Positions 43,532 through 59,590 of a DNA stretch of 64,000 nucleotides are shown here, piece by piece. Numbering within the stretch: the first letter of the stretch is position 1; the number at the start of each line of letters is the position of its first letter. The DNA lies in the NCBI RefSeq assembly GCF_009914755.1, contig NC_060933.1. One strand, given 5' to 3'. A program made the position numbers and the translations under genes. Below the pieces are notes generated by a model that was given only the letters and a program-made list of their open reading frames with translations, had not been told where the DNA came from and made no database searches. Source of the DNA: the human T2T-CHM13v2.0 reference genome, Homo sapiens.

Positions 43532-46399
43532 ACTATATAGGCACACCCACCACTTCCTCCTACATGCCCAACTCCCTGACACGGCTCCTCTGTTCTCCAC
43601 CTCCACATTTATTCAAACATTTCAAGAGTGTTATATAAATGCAATGATAAAGTATGTAACTTTTTGGATGAGTTTCACTCAACATAGTTACTTGCAGAGC
43701 TATCTAAATTGCTGCATGAATCAGTAGTTTCTGTCCATTTTTATTGCGTAGTGGTATTCTGTAGTATGTGGGTATCACATTTACTCATTCAGCTGGTTAA
43801 GAATATTTAGGTTTCCAGTTTGGGATTATCACAAATATAACTGCTACAAACACTTGTGTACCCATTTTGTGTGGATTTAAGTTTTCATTTCTTTGAGATA
43901 AATACCTAATTTTTCCAGTGTGGCTATACCATTTCATATTTTCACCAGCAATGTATGAATGATCACTTCTCAGCCTCCTCTCCAGCATTTGATGCTATTG
44001 TTGTGTTTTTTTTTTTTTTTTTAGCCATTCCGATATCACTATCACTAGGTTATCACTACATTTGGTTACCACTACACCCAAACTCTTATTTTGATTTTAA
44101 TTTGAATTTCCTCAAGGACTAATTATGTTGACCATCTTTTCCTGTGCTTATTTGCCATCAGTATATATTCTTCAGTAAAATATTCTTACAGTCTTTTGCT
44201 TATTTTCTAATTGAACTTTCTCTAATTGTTGAGTGTTGAGAGTTTGTTATATTTCAGATGCAAGTCTTTTGTCATATATGTAATTTGCAAATATTTTCAC
44301 CTAACATAGACACACCACTGTTTAACTTGTCTTTTTATTCTCTTAACAAAGCTAAAGTTTTTGGTTTTATGAGGTCTAATTTATTAAGCTTTCCCTTTAT
44401 GTATCATTGCCACCGGTGTCAAGTTTAGAAGCTATTTGCTTAGTCCTAAGTCCCAAAGATTTTTTCCTGTATTTCCTTCCAAAATTTTTGTAGTTTTACA
44501 TTTTACATGTAAGTCTGTGTAATCCATTTTGAATTAATTTCACTGCAAAGTGAGAGGTATAAATCAAGGTTTCCTTTTTTCTTCTTTCTTTCTTCATGTT
44601 CTTGCCTGTGGATGTCCAGTTGCTCTAGTACCATGTGTTAAAATGTTGTTCTCCCTTGAATTGCTTTTGCATTTTAATTGAAAATCAGTTGGACATATTT
44701 GTGTGCATATATTTATGGGTACTCTATTCTGTGACATTCATTAACATCTCTATCCCTCTGCTAATAGTAAACTGTATTCATAGTACAGCTATATTACAAT
44801 CTAGTAGAGCCTTAAAGTACAGTAAAGCCTTAAAATCTAGTAGACATTTATTTTCACTGTATTCTTTTAAAAATTACTTGGACTATTCCAGGATTTTTTG
44901 CTTTTTTATATAATTTTTAGACTAAGTTTGTCTATTTCTACAAAAGTCTTCGCTGATATTTTGATAGGAATTAAAATTAATTAATTTGGGGAAGTATTGA
45001 CATCTTCACTAATGTTGAGTTTTCTATTTGTTGAACGTATTATGTCTTCTTTGATTTTTTTTCAGCAGAATTTAATTTTCAACATAAAAATTGAAACATT
45101 TTGTTAGGTTTAGTTAGAGGTATTTCACTTTCTTTAAAGCAGAATAAATGGTTTTTTAAATTTCTTTTTTTTAACTTCAGTTTCTATGTGTTCACAAGTA
45201 GTATGCAGAAACACAATTGATTTTTATCTGTTAATTTTTTATGCTACAACCTTGCTGGACTCTTATATTAGTTCTAAGAATTGTTTTGTAGATTCCTTTG
45301 AGTTTTCTGTATTGACAGTAAGGCATCTGCAAATAGGCACAATTTTATTTATACCTTTTCAATCTGCCTTTTGTTTCTTCTTTCTTTTTCATCTTTTTTT
45401 TTCCTTATTGTACTGGCTAGAATTTAGAATTTTTTGTACTATTTCAAGTAAGTCTAAGAAATGCAGACATTCCTGTCTTCTTTTCCATATTTAGTTGAAA
45501 GTACAGAGTTTTCCCACATTAAGTATGATATTAGCTTTAGTTTTCTACATAGGCAGTTTTTTTTTAATGAATTGGAAGAAATTCTTTATTTCTACTTCAC
45601 TTACGATTTTTGTCATGAATAGATACTGAATTTTGTCAAATGCTTCTTTGCATCAATTGCTGTATCTACATGATTTTTCTTCTTTAGCCTATTGAAATGG
45701 GCAGACTACATTGATTAATTTTTAAATATTGCCTCCATTCATCTATAACTATAATAAATCTCTTGATCTTTACGTGAAAGTCTGTTTATACTTTGCTGGA
45801 TTTGGTTTCCTAATATTTTGTTAAAATTGTTTAATTTAAGCTCATGAGAGACATTTGTCTATACCTTTTTTTCTGGCTTTTGGTATCGGGGAAATACTGG
45901 CCTCATAAAATAAACCTGCCTCACAATTTTAAAGCTATCCAATTACGGAATTTTCCTGACTTTAAGAAGGCTATGTCAATTTTGTTAAATGAAAAATGTA
46001 TAGTACAGCTATGACCCAAGACATGTGACATTTTGTTTTACCAGTGTTGTTTTAATTCTAACTGGCATTTGTAGAATTTTTCTAGTTTCTTTCAGCAAGT
46101 TTATTTTTCTCACACCCTATCAACAACCATGTTATGATATTATATGTATTGCTGACCTGTTGTTCTATTTAACACCAGAGAGTTTCATTTTAGTAGTGAA
46201 TGAAGTACTATCCTAGAAATCTGTGGCATGAAAACAAGATAAATCACTAAGCAACTTGTATTTTTGTCAGGTGCATCTGGAAGCACCATTATTTCACAAT
46301 ATCAATTGTATTAAATATTTTAAATAATCAGGGAGGTGGCTCATTAGTCATAGTGTATGTGGGCATATGTGATGAATGCAATTCATTTAAGTATATTTT

Positions 46400-46600
46400 A
46401 TATTGTGGACAGAGTACTGAAAATGGAAACAGAATATCTGAATTCATGTCTTCATATACCAGCTCTCCTGCTTACTAGCTATACTTGGGACAAATCAACT
46501 AGTTTTTCATATGGATATAGTAGAGATATTAACATTCATCTTATATATAAGAAACTTAAATAAGGTCATTTTAGAATTAATACGATGTAAATTTCTTACT
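46400..46600 (+). mobile_element. MIR fragment
   Basis: CTTACTAGCTATACTTGGGACAAATCA core. Confidence 0.5.
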
Positions 46601-48049
46601 GTGACTACCTACATTTTACTATGTCCTTACATGGCTTTGACTATAAGCTTTATGCAGAGATACATTTCATTGATGTTTGCAAACACAAAATGATTTTGAA
46701 ATAAGGTAACTCAAAACGGGATTTTCAAATTTCACTTCCAAGTTGGGAAGCTCAGAAGGCTATGGTTAGGCAAACTTTGAAAGAAGAAAAATGTTTTCTA
46801 CTAGAAAAATATATAGTAATACTGAAAAATACTTCTGGAAAAAAAATGAGGAGACTAGAAGAATGTTCTGAGTTCAAAAAATGTTAATGCACTTCTAAAT
46901 GCCATTCATTTTGTGTTTCATAATGCACACTAGTCACCAAGATCTCCAGGAAATCCTGAAACAGAGAAACCAAGATAGCTTAATTTAACCTAGCATTTTA
47001 ACACTTATTTAAACATGAACTTTCCCTTTTAAAAAATATTAAAATCATAGACAATTTGTATTCTCCGTAAAACTCTGTGGAACATTCAGTAACATAGTCC
47101 TTTACTTAGAGGAAAGCAAAGCAAAGACAACAATGCAAGAAAATGGTACCTGTGAAAAACACCTTTTCATGCTAAAATTTAAAAAGAAAACTGGATTTAG
47201 ATAACTGAAATCTAAAAGTTTTAAGATTTGGGGAAGAGATAGGGGAGCCATGTGGATTTACACAAATCACATAATTTTTGAAACATTTTAATGTACTGGA
47301 TTTTTAACACTTTTATATATACATATTATAGGACAATATATTATATATAATACTGTGGCTTAGAAAAAAACAAGTAATATGGCATTGGCTGCATTAAAAA
47401 ACTTCACCTGCATCCTTCCACAACCACTATTATTTTGCCTAAAATATGTGCCACATGAGGGAACTGTTATATCCCAAGGACCACAATACCAAGTAGTTGA
47501 GGTTAACTTTTTATTTGAACAGTAGCCACGCATGTGACAGGTAATGTTCACAAGCTTGCCATGTTTCCATATATTTAGTCATATATTAAGAAAACCTGAA
47601 AGTTTTTGCACTGAATTTAAAAGCTGTCATAATTTTCAGTCAACATGAAAGCTAATAATATAAAACATTTACATCCTATGTTCCATGAATTTATGCTGAT
47701 ACAAATATCCACTCAGCAAAACTGAAAAAAAGAGAAAGAGAAAGAAAAAGAAAGCAAAACAAAAAATGTAAATAGTGCTATTGATTTCTGCCTGTCATTC
47801 AGCCTGTGTAGACCGCACAGTAAACACAGGTGAGTTTGCTATGCCTATATACCTGTGACCCATTGACTATTCATACCCTTCTGCCACTCTGTCACCTCCA
47901 AATCTTAGTGTAAGCCTCTCATCTGGCTAAATGTGATTCATACCATCAAGTGTGTTGTGCACGTGCACACATACACATGTAAGTTAGAAACAGAAATCTA
48001 TTTATTACAGTGACGAAAAAACTGACTTTGTTGGACTTAATAAGGAATT

Positions 48050-48220
48050 GTGTATGGTGCACTTAATTCACCATATCTAAGCTCCTGGGAGTTTTTCTCA
48101 CCTGGAAATTGAAGATGATACTCATCCTATCTCCCTCACAGTCTTAATGTAAGGACCAAATGAGGTACTGCATATAAATATTTTTGCAAATTTTGCAGCA
48201 TTATAAAACATGAGATATTG
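48050..48220 (+). mobile_element. MIR fragment
   Basis: AGTTTTTCTCACCTGGAAATTGAAGATGATA...GTAAGGACCAAATGAG. Confidence 0.55.
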
Positions 48221-48399
48221 CTATGCAGCAATGTCAAAAATAGGTCTAAAAGTGATGCCACACAATTGCACCAATCATTAATTATGTTTTCTTGCTAAGG
48301 TATTCTTATGCTATAAAAGTCTTAAATATAAATTATATTAACCAATCAATGTAAGAATAAACCAGTTTTCTAAAGTAAAGAGGATTTGTTAATTGTACT

Positions 48400-48810
48400 T
48401 AAAGAAACCAGCCTCCAATATGAACCCCGGTGATCCTTGCCTCCTGACACATATTCATATTCTTCTATAGTCTCCTCCTGTTGAGTGTGGGTTAGATGTC
48501 CTGATTCACTTCGAATAGAATAAGGCAGAAGTGACCCAGAGACTAGGTCATAAACGCAGTGTGATGTAACTCTCTTTGCTATTCAATCATGTGTTCTGAG
48601 AGACACCAGCTGTCATCTCATCTACAGCCCTATGGAGAGGTCCATGTGGCAAGGAGCTGGGACCTTTTGCCAACAGCCATTTGAGTAATTTTGGAATTAC
48701 ATTTTCCAGCCCCAGGAAAAGTTGTAGCTGACTGCAGCCCCAGCCAACACCTTGAGTACAAACTCATGAGAGATCCTACAGCAGAACCACTCAGCTAAGC
48801 TATCTCTACA
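48400..48810 (+). mobile_element. MLT1E/F-like MaLR LTR
   Basis: CAGCCTCCAATATG...TGATCCTTGCCTCCTG, GGAGAGGTCCATGTGGCAAGGAGCTG, GACTGCAGCCCCAGCCAACACCTTG. Confidence 0.75.
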
Positions 48811-49374
48811 TAAAATTGGCAAGGCAAAGTTAAACTAAACTCTTAACCCTGGGTTTTCTGTACTCATGTAATTTTATGTAATATACCTATCTCTGTGCAT
48901 CTTCATCAAGGCCATGCAACTAGGATTTCTCGACTGTATTTTTCTCTTTTAGCCTTTGATACCTATTGATATATTATTTCAAGTAACTTGTGTCTAAAGA
49001 AAAGTGTCATTGAAAGTATTTTTTTTATCTCATGCATGGATGTGTTTTCGTGATGTTACAACCTAGAGTTGTTCCAATCAAGCTCTTAAATGAAGATAAG
49101 TTCTTGCATTATATAGTATGAGAAAAAAACGCAGATTTTCGCAAAAGTTGTTGTTACGGGATAAAGATTTTCCCTTGCCAAAAATGTTTTTTTTCAGTTG
49201 TAGCAAATCAAGCATACATATATTCATTAAATTAATGCAGATATTGTATCATAAACTCAAATGGAGGGAAATCAGCCTGCTAACTGAAAATTATCTTTAC
49301 TTTGGTCACTCAAACAACCAGCATATTTGTGGCAACAATAAATCACCAATTCATACAAAGTGAAGGATGATCTA

Positions 49375-49535
49375 GAATATTGATTCACAAACATTAGTAT
49401 GAATCAGAATCCTGTGGAGTTTCTTTAAAAATCATTTTCTCAGGGCCAAACCCCAGAAATTCAGATTAAATGGGTCTGGAGCATAGCCCAAGAATCTTGA
49501 TTTTTGTGAATTCTTGAAATTAGAGACTCCACTTT
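49375..49535. mobile_element. MER5A-like hAT element
   Basis: ATCAGAATC...CCCCAGAAATTCAGATT...GGGTCTGG...GCCCAAGAATCT. Confidence 0.65.
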
Positions 49536-50211
49536 GATAAATGCTGGCTGTATCTTCTTTGAGGTTCCTTTCAAGATGAATAATTTTAAGTAGTAAAGCA
49601 GCAGATTTCAAGGTCCGCTCTACTTTCAAACACTGCACTGTCTTAGGCCAAGTGTATGTCTCCTTGCCACAGGCTGCAGTTTGAACATATAGCTGATTTT
49701 GAATTCTGAACAGGATCTTTCTAGCAATAGAGAACGTGAAAATAACTCTAAGCCATTAGCACCTCATTGTCAAATCACCTGATCTGTCATCACACCACTT
49801 TTCTCTTGGAAAGGTCATTGCTCAGCTGTGAACCTGATTATTTTTGAAATGGTTGAAATAAAGAAAGTATGGGTTACTGCTTCTTCTTCTTTGGCAGCAT
49901 GGATTTTCTTTCAAGTACTTATGCTTTATAGGCAAGGTGATGTTTAGCTTTACTGAGCAAAAGTCTTGGAATATGAGAGGCCTTGGAAACTTTTATGAGA
50001 AGTAATAGAGGAGGAAACAAAAGTTAGTGGCATTATTACAGCTGTCAATAGCATTTTCTTTACAGAAGTTTTGTATAGGTTATTGCATATATTTTTGCTA
50101 TTTAAATGGCAATCATATACATATCCAAACATGTTCGTTGGAATTGAAAAAACAAACTTTTATCATGTGCTGTCTTTGCAACAATGTTACAGAGATGTTA
50201 AAGTCCCATGA

Positions 50212-52363
<2,152 letters not shown>

Positions 52364-52625
52364 AAGATTTGGTAGTACAATGATAGTTTTGTTGTACATT
52401 CATAAAGTCCAAGTTAAAATATTTTAAGGGTGACTAAAACTTGGTTTTACGTCAAAAGACCTGATTTTTACTTTTTGCCACTTACTAGGGGAATAGCCTT
52501 AGGAAAGTCTCTTAACCCTGTGAACTTTAGATTTCTCAGCTAAAAAAAAAAAAGGGCAGGAGGTGGTATGTGGGACAAATGAAGCATTCTACCCTAGGCT
52601 ATTATGCAAATTAAAGAGATAATGT

Positions 52626-52906
<281 letters not shown>

Positions 52907-53619
52907 TCAATCACCGTCATTACATTTGCTCTTTAGGTGGTATAAATAAAAAGACAAGCATTTCTTAAATGCTGAAGTCAAGAAAGTGTCTACAAAGGAC
53001 ATGTATTTTTAAATTCAGGCAGCCCTTATTTTTCTATTTTAAATCTTTAAAGCCAAGATAATTATAATAATAATAATGTCTATGGTCTAAAGTGTATGTA
53101 TTTTTTATTCAATTCAAAAACATAGTGGAGACCAGATGCTGAGTCTACACTAGGAGTCCTTCAAAACTGAAACAAATTTAAGTGAAAGAAATCTTATACT
53201 TAGAGGGGAACTAATCCTTGTTAGATCTAAAAGATCCTATACATTAGAAGAAAACATTGAAGCCAAGGGCTTAAGAGTGGACAGAATGTGGCAAGAATCC
53301 TCTTCTCCCATCTCCCTTCCCCATTCCCATTTCCAGTTGCTTAGCCATAGTTTTCTTTGTGCTGTAGCCAACACAGAGTTTTTGTATCAATTTTCCTAAT
53401 ACGAAACCTAAATTTATAGACAAGATGTAATGGAAGAGTTGTATCAAAATCTTCTGGGGAGTTGTTTCCAAATTATTAAGTGACTTGCACATTCTTCCCC
53501 TCCCACCTGTCCCCAACACAGATTCTGATATTCTAACATGCACAGAAAGACATATATCCCCAGAGAAACCTAACCTGTTATTGTCAGGGAGGAGAGTAGT
53601 CAAGTTAGGCTATGGGACA

Positions 53620-53832
53620 GAACATAAATACCTTGTGTTCTGACTTATAAGTGGGAGCTAAGCATTGGGTACTCATGGACATGAAGATGGTACCAATAGA
53701 CACTGGGAACTACTAGAGAAGGGAGGGAAAGTAGAAGACAAGAGTTGAAAACCTCTTGGCTGCTATGCTTGGTACCTGGGTGATGGGATCATTCATACCA
53801 AAAATCTCAGCTTCATGCAATATACCCAAGTT
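53620..53832 (+). mobile_element. L1 3'UTR fragment (L1PA16/L1PB-type)
   Basis: CTTATAAGTGGGAGCTAAGCATTGGGTAC...TACCTGGGTGATGGGATCATTCATACC. Confidence 0.8.
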
Positions 53833-54093
53833 ATTTCCATAGACATCTTCTCCCATCTTTACTTTCACTTAGATGGGTATCATAGCTTAGAAAATGCTCA
53901 ACTTAGATTTCTCTGTAGTCAATAGTCTTTTTAGAATGACTGTTTTTAAAAACATAGTGTTTTTCATACAAAATATGGCAGTGTCAAGACTGTATGATTT
54001 TCCTTAAAAATGCACACCTGTATTATTTTAGATCTATAAACTCTTATCCAAATAGTGTGTGAACTGTGTTTTTTTAATTAGATAGATAATATA

Positions 54094-54468
54094 TAGTCAT
54101 GCATTGCTTAGCCATGGGATACATTCTGAGAAATGCGTGATTGGGTGATTTTGTCTGTATATGAACATCATAGAGCATATTTCCACAAACCTAGAAGGTC
54201 TAGCCTACTATACCGAAGCAGTACGGTATAGCCTATTGTTCTAGGTTACAAACCTGTACAGCATGTTACTGTACTCAATACTGTAGGACATTGTAACCCA
54301 ATGTAAATTTTTGCATATCTAAACATAAAAAAGTATAGTAAAAATACAGCATAAAATATAAAAAATGGTACACCTGTATAGGGTAGCTTCATTATAATCT
54401 TATGAGACCACTCATGTATATGCTGTTTGCAATTGACTGTAACACCATTATACATCACAAGAACTGTA
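54094..54468. mobile_element. Tigger3/MER7-type TcMar-Tigger element
   Basis: AGTCATGCATTGCTTA start, ACATTCTGAGAAATGCGT, TACAAACCTGTACAGCATGTTACTGTACT, ACTGTA end with TA flanks. Confidence 0.85.
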
Positions 54469-56858
54469 TTTACTGTAGTGGCAAATATAGTACAACTATA
54501 CAAATGAGCCTGTGCTGAACATAAACATTTTCTAGTTTATATGACAAATGCTTCACTGACATTGGCATCAAGACATTGACATGGCAGAGAGAAGACAGAG
54601 TAGGTGTACAAAAATAAGGACAGTAAGAGAGAAAAAGAGACATTCAGAAGAGAAATAGCATCTTAAAACAAATATGTCTAAGTGCAATTTAAAAGCAGGG
54701 TTGTTTGTGATTAACCTCAATGCAAGGATAAAGCGATGCCTCTATTAAGTACATATTACAATCAGAATATTTGCTATCATCTAGAAAAGGCCAGGTACTG
54801 ATTGATCTTCTCTGGAGAGCAGAGACTAGTAGCAGGCCAGATAGGCTCCCTGGCCAAGCAGAAGAAAAAATTTACACTTTTTTTTTAAACAAGTAGTTCC
54901 CATGAATGACTCAGTTTTGTGAAGGAGGAGTGGAAATAAATTAGAATCCTCTAAATATTGAGATTCAATTGCCATAATATGCTTAGGGGCATTGTCATGG
55001 AATTGAGTGCCTGGAGGCAGATGAAGGATTTGACCCTCTGCCCTTATCCAGCAGCCCTCCAACTCCAATCTAATGAACACATAGTCATAATTATTTCTCA
55101 AATCGTTTTTATCTAATTTTAAAGTGGATAATTTATACCACTTGTATAAAAACGCATTAAGTTTCATTAAAATATTCAGCATTAGTAGAACTTTGAGCAG
55201 AATATATTTCTTACAGTTTCAAAAAGTCATACATATTTATAATATTAAACTCTTCAGTTGCTTTAATAATAGAATCTCTATCCCATAGATCTGAATACTA
55301 ATTTTAATATGCTCCTGTAGTAGAAAGCTATGTGCACAAGAAAATGCATTTGCACTATATACTTTCTAGTTTTGTGCTTATTTCTTTCTTATTAGACTTT
55401 CTTTTACTTAAACTTTACTTTTCAGCAGAAGTCTTTTTCCCTTGTTTTTTCTTTTATTTTTGTAAGTTAAAAATACAAGAGCTTGTTAGACCACATTCCG
55501 TTAAGGAAATCAGGAGAGGCGCACATCTTAGCCTTCCAGCGTGGTTTGCATTATTTTGATGGGCTCCCTTTTAATTCCAGGCTTTGCCTAATGGGTCATT
55601 CATTTTTGAGAATATAAGCATTTAGAGTGAATAATCACGTATGCCCATGCATTGCTAGTCTTTTCTGGCAACTCTGAAAAGAGAAGTGGCCGAACACCAA
55701 ACTGGCAGAGATTATTTCTGGTGCAAGCTGCCTTCCACAATTCAGTCATGTCAGAGAGCTTTATGAAGTAATAAATTAAGTACTCATAATGCAAGGACTC
55801 TAATCAAATGAAGCTGTGATACATCTATCATCTATCTGTCTATCTTTAGAACCCATATCTAAAGTGACTGACGCATAGCACTCTCAAAAGCAGGCAAGTA
55901 TACATGCATCATAGCTCCCGTTAGCTTGGGAAATTAGACAGCCAACTTTATTGTGAGGAAATATGCTCCATGACACCGGAACTATAGCTCTCTCCTTCCT
56001 CAAAGTGCCGTGCAGTCTTTAACTTCTGGCTCACATTGTTACAGTTTCAATGAGAATATAGTGTGAGATTAAAAATATTCCTCTAAAATAATAAGTAAGC
56101 TAACACAGAAATCCTGTTATTCTGATCTCCAAGAAATCCAGAAACACAGAAACCTTAAACTATGAACCCTCAGTGGCCTTGTAAAGTAGGGGTATGGAGG
56201 ATAAATGTGAATATTTGTCACCACATCTTAAAATAGATTTTTCTCCCAGGCTTGGTTAATGTTGAGACTATAGAGGGGTCAAGCACTCCTAGCTTTCAAA
56301 ATGAGATGCTAAAACATCTAGATGAACCTTGCAACGTAGTAGAGACAACCCAGATTTGCGACACTTCTGCCTTTGCGCAATCTTTACCAATGACTTTAGG
56401 GTATAAAAGGATTAAAGTTGGCCACCACAGGATAGTTGAAAATTAGAGAGAGGATTTCCTTAAGGGAAATTCTAAATATGAGAGGATTTTCTCTACTCTC
56501 ATGGAAAGTAAGATAGGATACTTCAGTTTCACCCCAAAGTTTCGAGAAGACTAAATAGTAGCTGTGATATGTGTGTCTTATGGTTTGTGGCGTGCTGTGG
56601 ACTGGTATATGTCTCTGCCTAATAAATCAAAAGGGCAAAGGGCTGTAGCTAGAATTGTTCAAGCAGCTAAATGAAAACAGGGTTGATGATGGGTCAAAGT
56701 GACCTAGTTATTAGCCTCTTTAGAACTCAACCAAAAAGGATGTCTGGATGTATATAGTAAAGCCCTAGATAAAAGAAGGAATAATAATTAATCAACTGGA
56801 GTAGAAGTGTTTGCCTACTTTAAGTGATTTGCTGGTGTTAATTTTCTAAACTCAAGGA

Positions 56859-57367
56859 TGTGATCATAAATTTTATGTGCCAACTTGGCTGAGCTAAGGG
56901 ATGCCCACATTGCTGGTAAAATATTTTCAGGTATATTTGTCTACTTGCATCCGTAGACTGAGAGAGGAGATCTACCCTCGCCAATGTGGCAGGGATCATC
57001 CATTCCAATGGGCCTGTTGAGGGTTTGAATGGAACAAAAGGCAGAGAAAGAGAAAATTATCTCTCTTCTTGACTTGCGACATGCATTTTCTCCTGCCTTC
57101 AGGCATCAGAGCTCCTGGTTCTTGGGCTTTAGGACCCTGGGACTTACACTAGTACCTCCACTGCCCCTTCGGATGCCTTTAGTCTCAGACTGAATTACAC
57201 CACCAGACATCAGATCATGGGAATTCTCATCCTTCATAATTGCATGAGCCAATTCCAGTGTAAAAAATTGGAATTACAACATTTAATTTAAATTTTAAAA
57301 ATCTTATTTATCTATATCTACATATAACCTTTTGGTTCTGTTTCTCTGGAGAACTCTGACTAATACA
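56859..57367 (+). mobile_element. MLT2 (ERVL) solo LTR
   Basis: TGTGATCATAAATTTTATGTGCCAACTTG start; GGTTCTGTTTCTCTGGAGAACTCTGACTAATACA end. Confidence 0.88.
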
Positions 57368-58949
57368 GAGTAAATCTGAAACACCTAAGAAAGTGCCCTA
57401 TAAAAGAAAGCACAAACTTTAAGCATCTGCCATGACCAAAGGAAACCACAACTAGATGGGTACCTGGCCAGGAATGTAATCCCTTTTCTGTTTCCTCAAC
57501 TCTTTCTTCTTCAACAAAGGAAATGGCATGAGCCAACAAATTGCATACACTCTAGAGTGGGAATTTGGGTGGGAAAATGAGTCATTTTCATCTTTTCCAG
57601 TACTCATTTCCTGCTTTAATTTGGGAAGTTTCAAGGTTTTGATTATGACACAGAACTTGACAAGTGAACCCATATTATGACTAAAAGTAATCGGACTTTT
57701 AGAAATCTATGAGAGACAAGGAAATCTGTGAGACCTGCTCTAGGTTTCATCTAGAGGCTGGAGAGGAACCAGCCCTTAAGAGCGTGTTCAGATGGTTGGT
57801 GTGAGAATGGAATGAACTTGCTGATTATCCTACATATGTCCTGCTTAGTCAGTGTGCCAGTTTCATAGCATTTCCTCTTCTGAGCTGCCAGGGACATTAT
57901 GAGGACAAAATGAGATAATGAATGTGAAAGTCAGGTTCACTGTAAAGTGTCAGGTGTCTATAACGCACTTTTCAATGCAGTTGAAGAATGAGAGTTGCTT
58001 ATTACAGTTAGGATCCGATTTACCACGGGCTGTTTTAGTAACAGATACATTTGCAGGAATCCTTTGATGTACAGAGTTCAAAGGAGACAGTAGCAACAAT
58101 ACACAATGAATACTCCCTAAATTCTAAACCAGGGTTTTTCACCCCAGGCCTATGGAAGGGCTATGGTTTGAATGGTGTTTTCAGCTGGGTTCAGAGAAAG
58201 ACAAGTCTGCCTCTCCAGCGGTTTAACAAGTGAAAGGTGGGAGTGGTCTGTTCTGATGAGGAAACATTCTATCAATCCCATTGTCTAGAATTGCTGGTGC
58301 AGGGTAAGTAAAAAGCAAACTGATTTTTTGAATCAGGTTTATTTTTGGTTTTAAATTTTTAATACACAATGCAGTCTCTTATTGCCTGCACTTGGGATGG
58401 ACTGCTCCCATTGCCTCTCTCTCCTCTATCTTGATAAGTCACCAGGTCAGAACATTGATTTCCTCCACTATTCTAATTCAAGAGATGAAATATTGCTAAA
58501 CACATTAGCCTGGGTGTGGAGATGAAATGTGTTGAACCTTTGTAAATTCATTTGCTAGATCTTTCTAGCACCTATGCTAGCTAGGCAAGTCTCCTTGCTC
58601 CTCCGCTGCTGCCTGCATCTCTCCACATTATGGTACATCTTCATTGGTGAGTATGGTCTTCTCATAATAGGGATAACTGTCCTCAGCCAAAAGCATACAA
58701 GTAGCTCCAAGCAAGGGCTCAGGTGGCCTTTGTGAGAGTCAGAAATCTTCCCCTGGCAAATTCAAGTTCAATGGCATTCCAGACATGGGGCCTGTAGTAA
58801 AGAAAAGAGTCCAAAGAATAAAAAGACTCCTCTTTTATAAGTTTTTCACATCCAGAGGCAATACTGTTGCACTGTCTGTCAGCACACAAGAGAACCATAT
58901 TCATTTATGTCCAGGAGATGTCGTGGACTTCAATTGTCTTGAGAAGGGG

Positions 58950-59590
58950 GAGTCTGGGTGATGGAAAGAACACAGGTTGCAGTGGGCATTACCATCTAAG
59001 TGTGAATTCAGATATTGCCATTTACTAGCACAAGGAAATTGTGTTGGTTAATTCATTTATCTGACTAGTTTCTTCGCCTCTGTAATGGTGAGAATAATTC
59101 TTGCCTTGGAGCTGCCTAAGGACTCAATGATACAATGGAAGATAGATATCAAAATGACTAAGGTAGTTCCTGCCACTAAGATAGGTGACTGGAGTGCATT
59201 TGCCTAATGAGTTGTACTCAAGATCATGCTTGCCATAGAGTAGACACTCAAAAATGCTTTGCCTCCCTGCTTTATTGGAGAGTATATAGTATATCAGACA
59301 GAATATAAAAGCATAACATTTTCAGGCAATGTTTTACAAAGAAAGCCAGTTTTTAATGGCCAAGTGAAAATTTCATGCACTTTAAAATCATCACTTTGGT
59401 ATTTGTATCAGCTTGAGTAAGTTAATCTCTCTTAGTCTTTTTTTTCAACATCTGTAAACAAGAGATGAGAATGCAGGTTTTTTTTGGGGTTTTTTTTTGT
59501 TTTTTTTTTTTTTACAAAATCAAATGATCTATACAAAGCATCTAACAGTGCTTTGCAAACAAAAAGTTTTCAATACAAGCTTTATTTTCC
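58950..59590 (+). mobile_element. MIR fragments (two)
   Basis: TGCCATTTACTAGC...AGTTTCTTCGCCTCTGTAATGG; CTTGAGTAAGTTAATCTCTC...CATCTGTAAA. Confidence 0.55.
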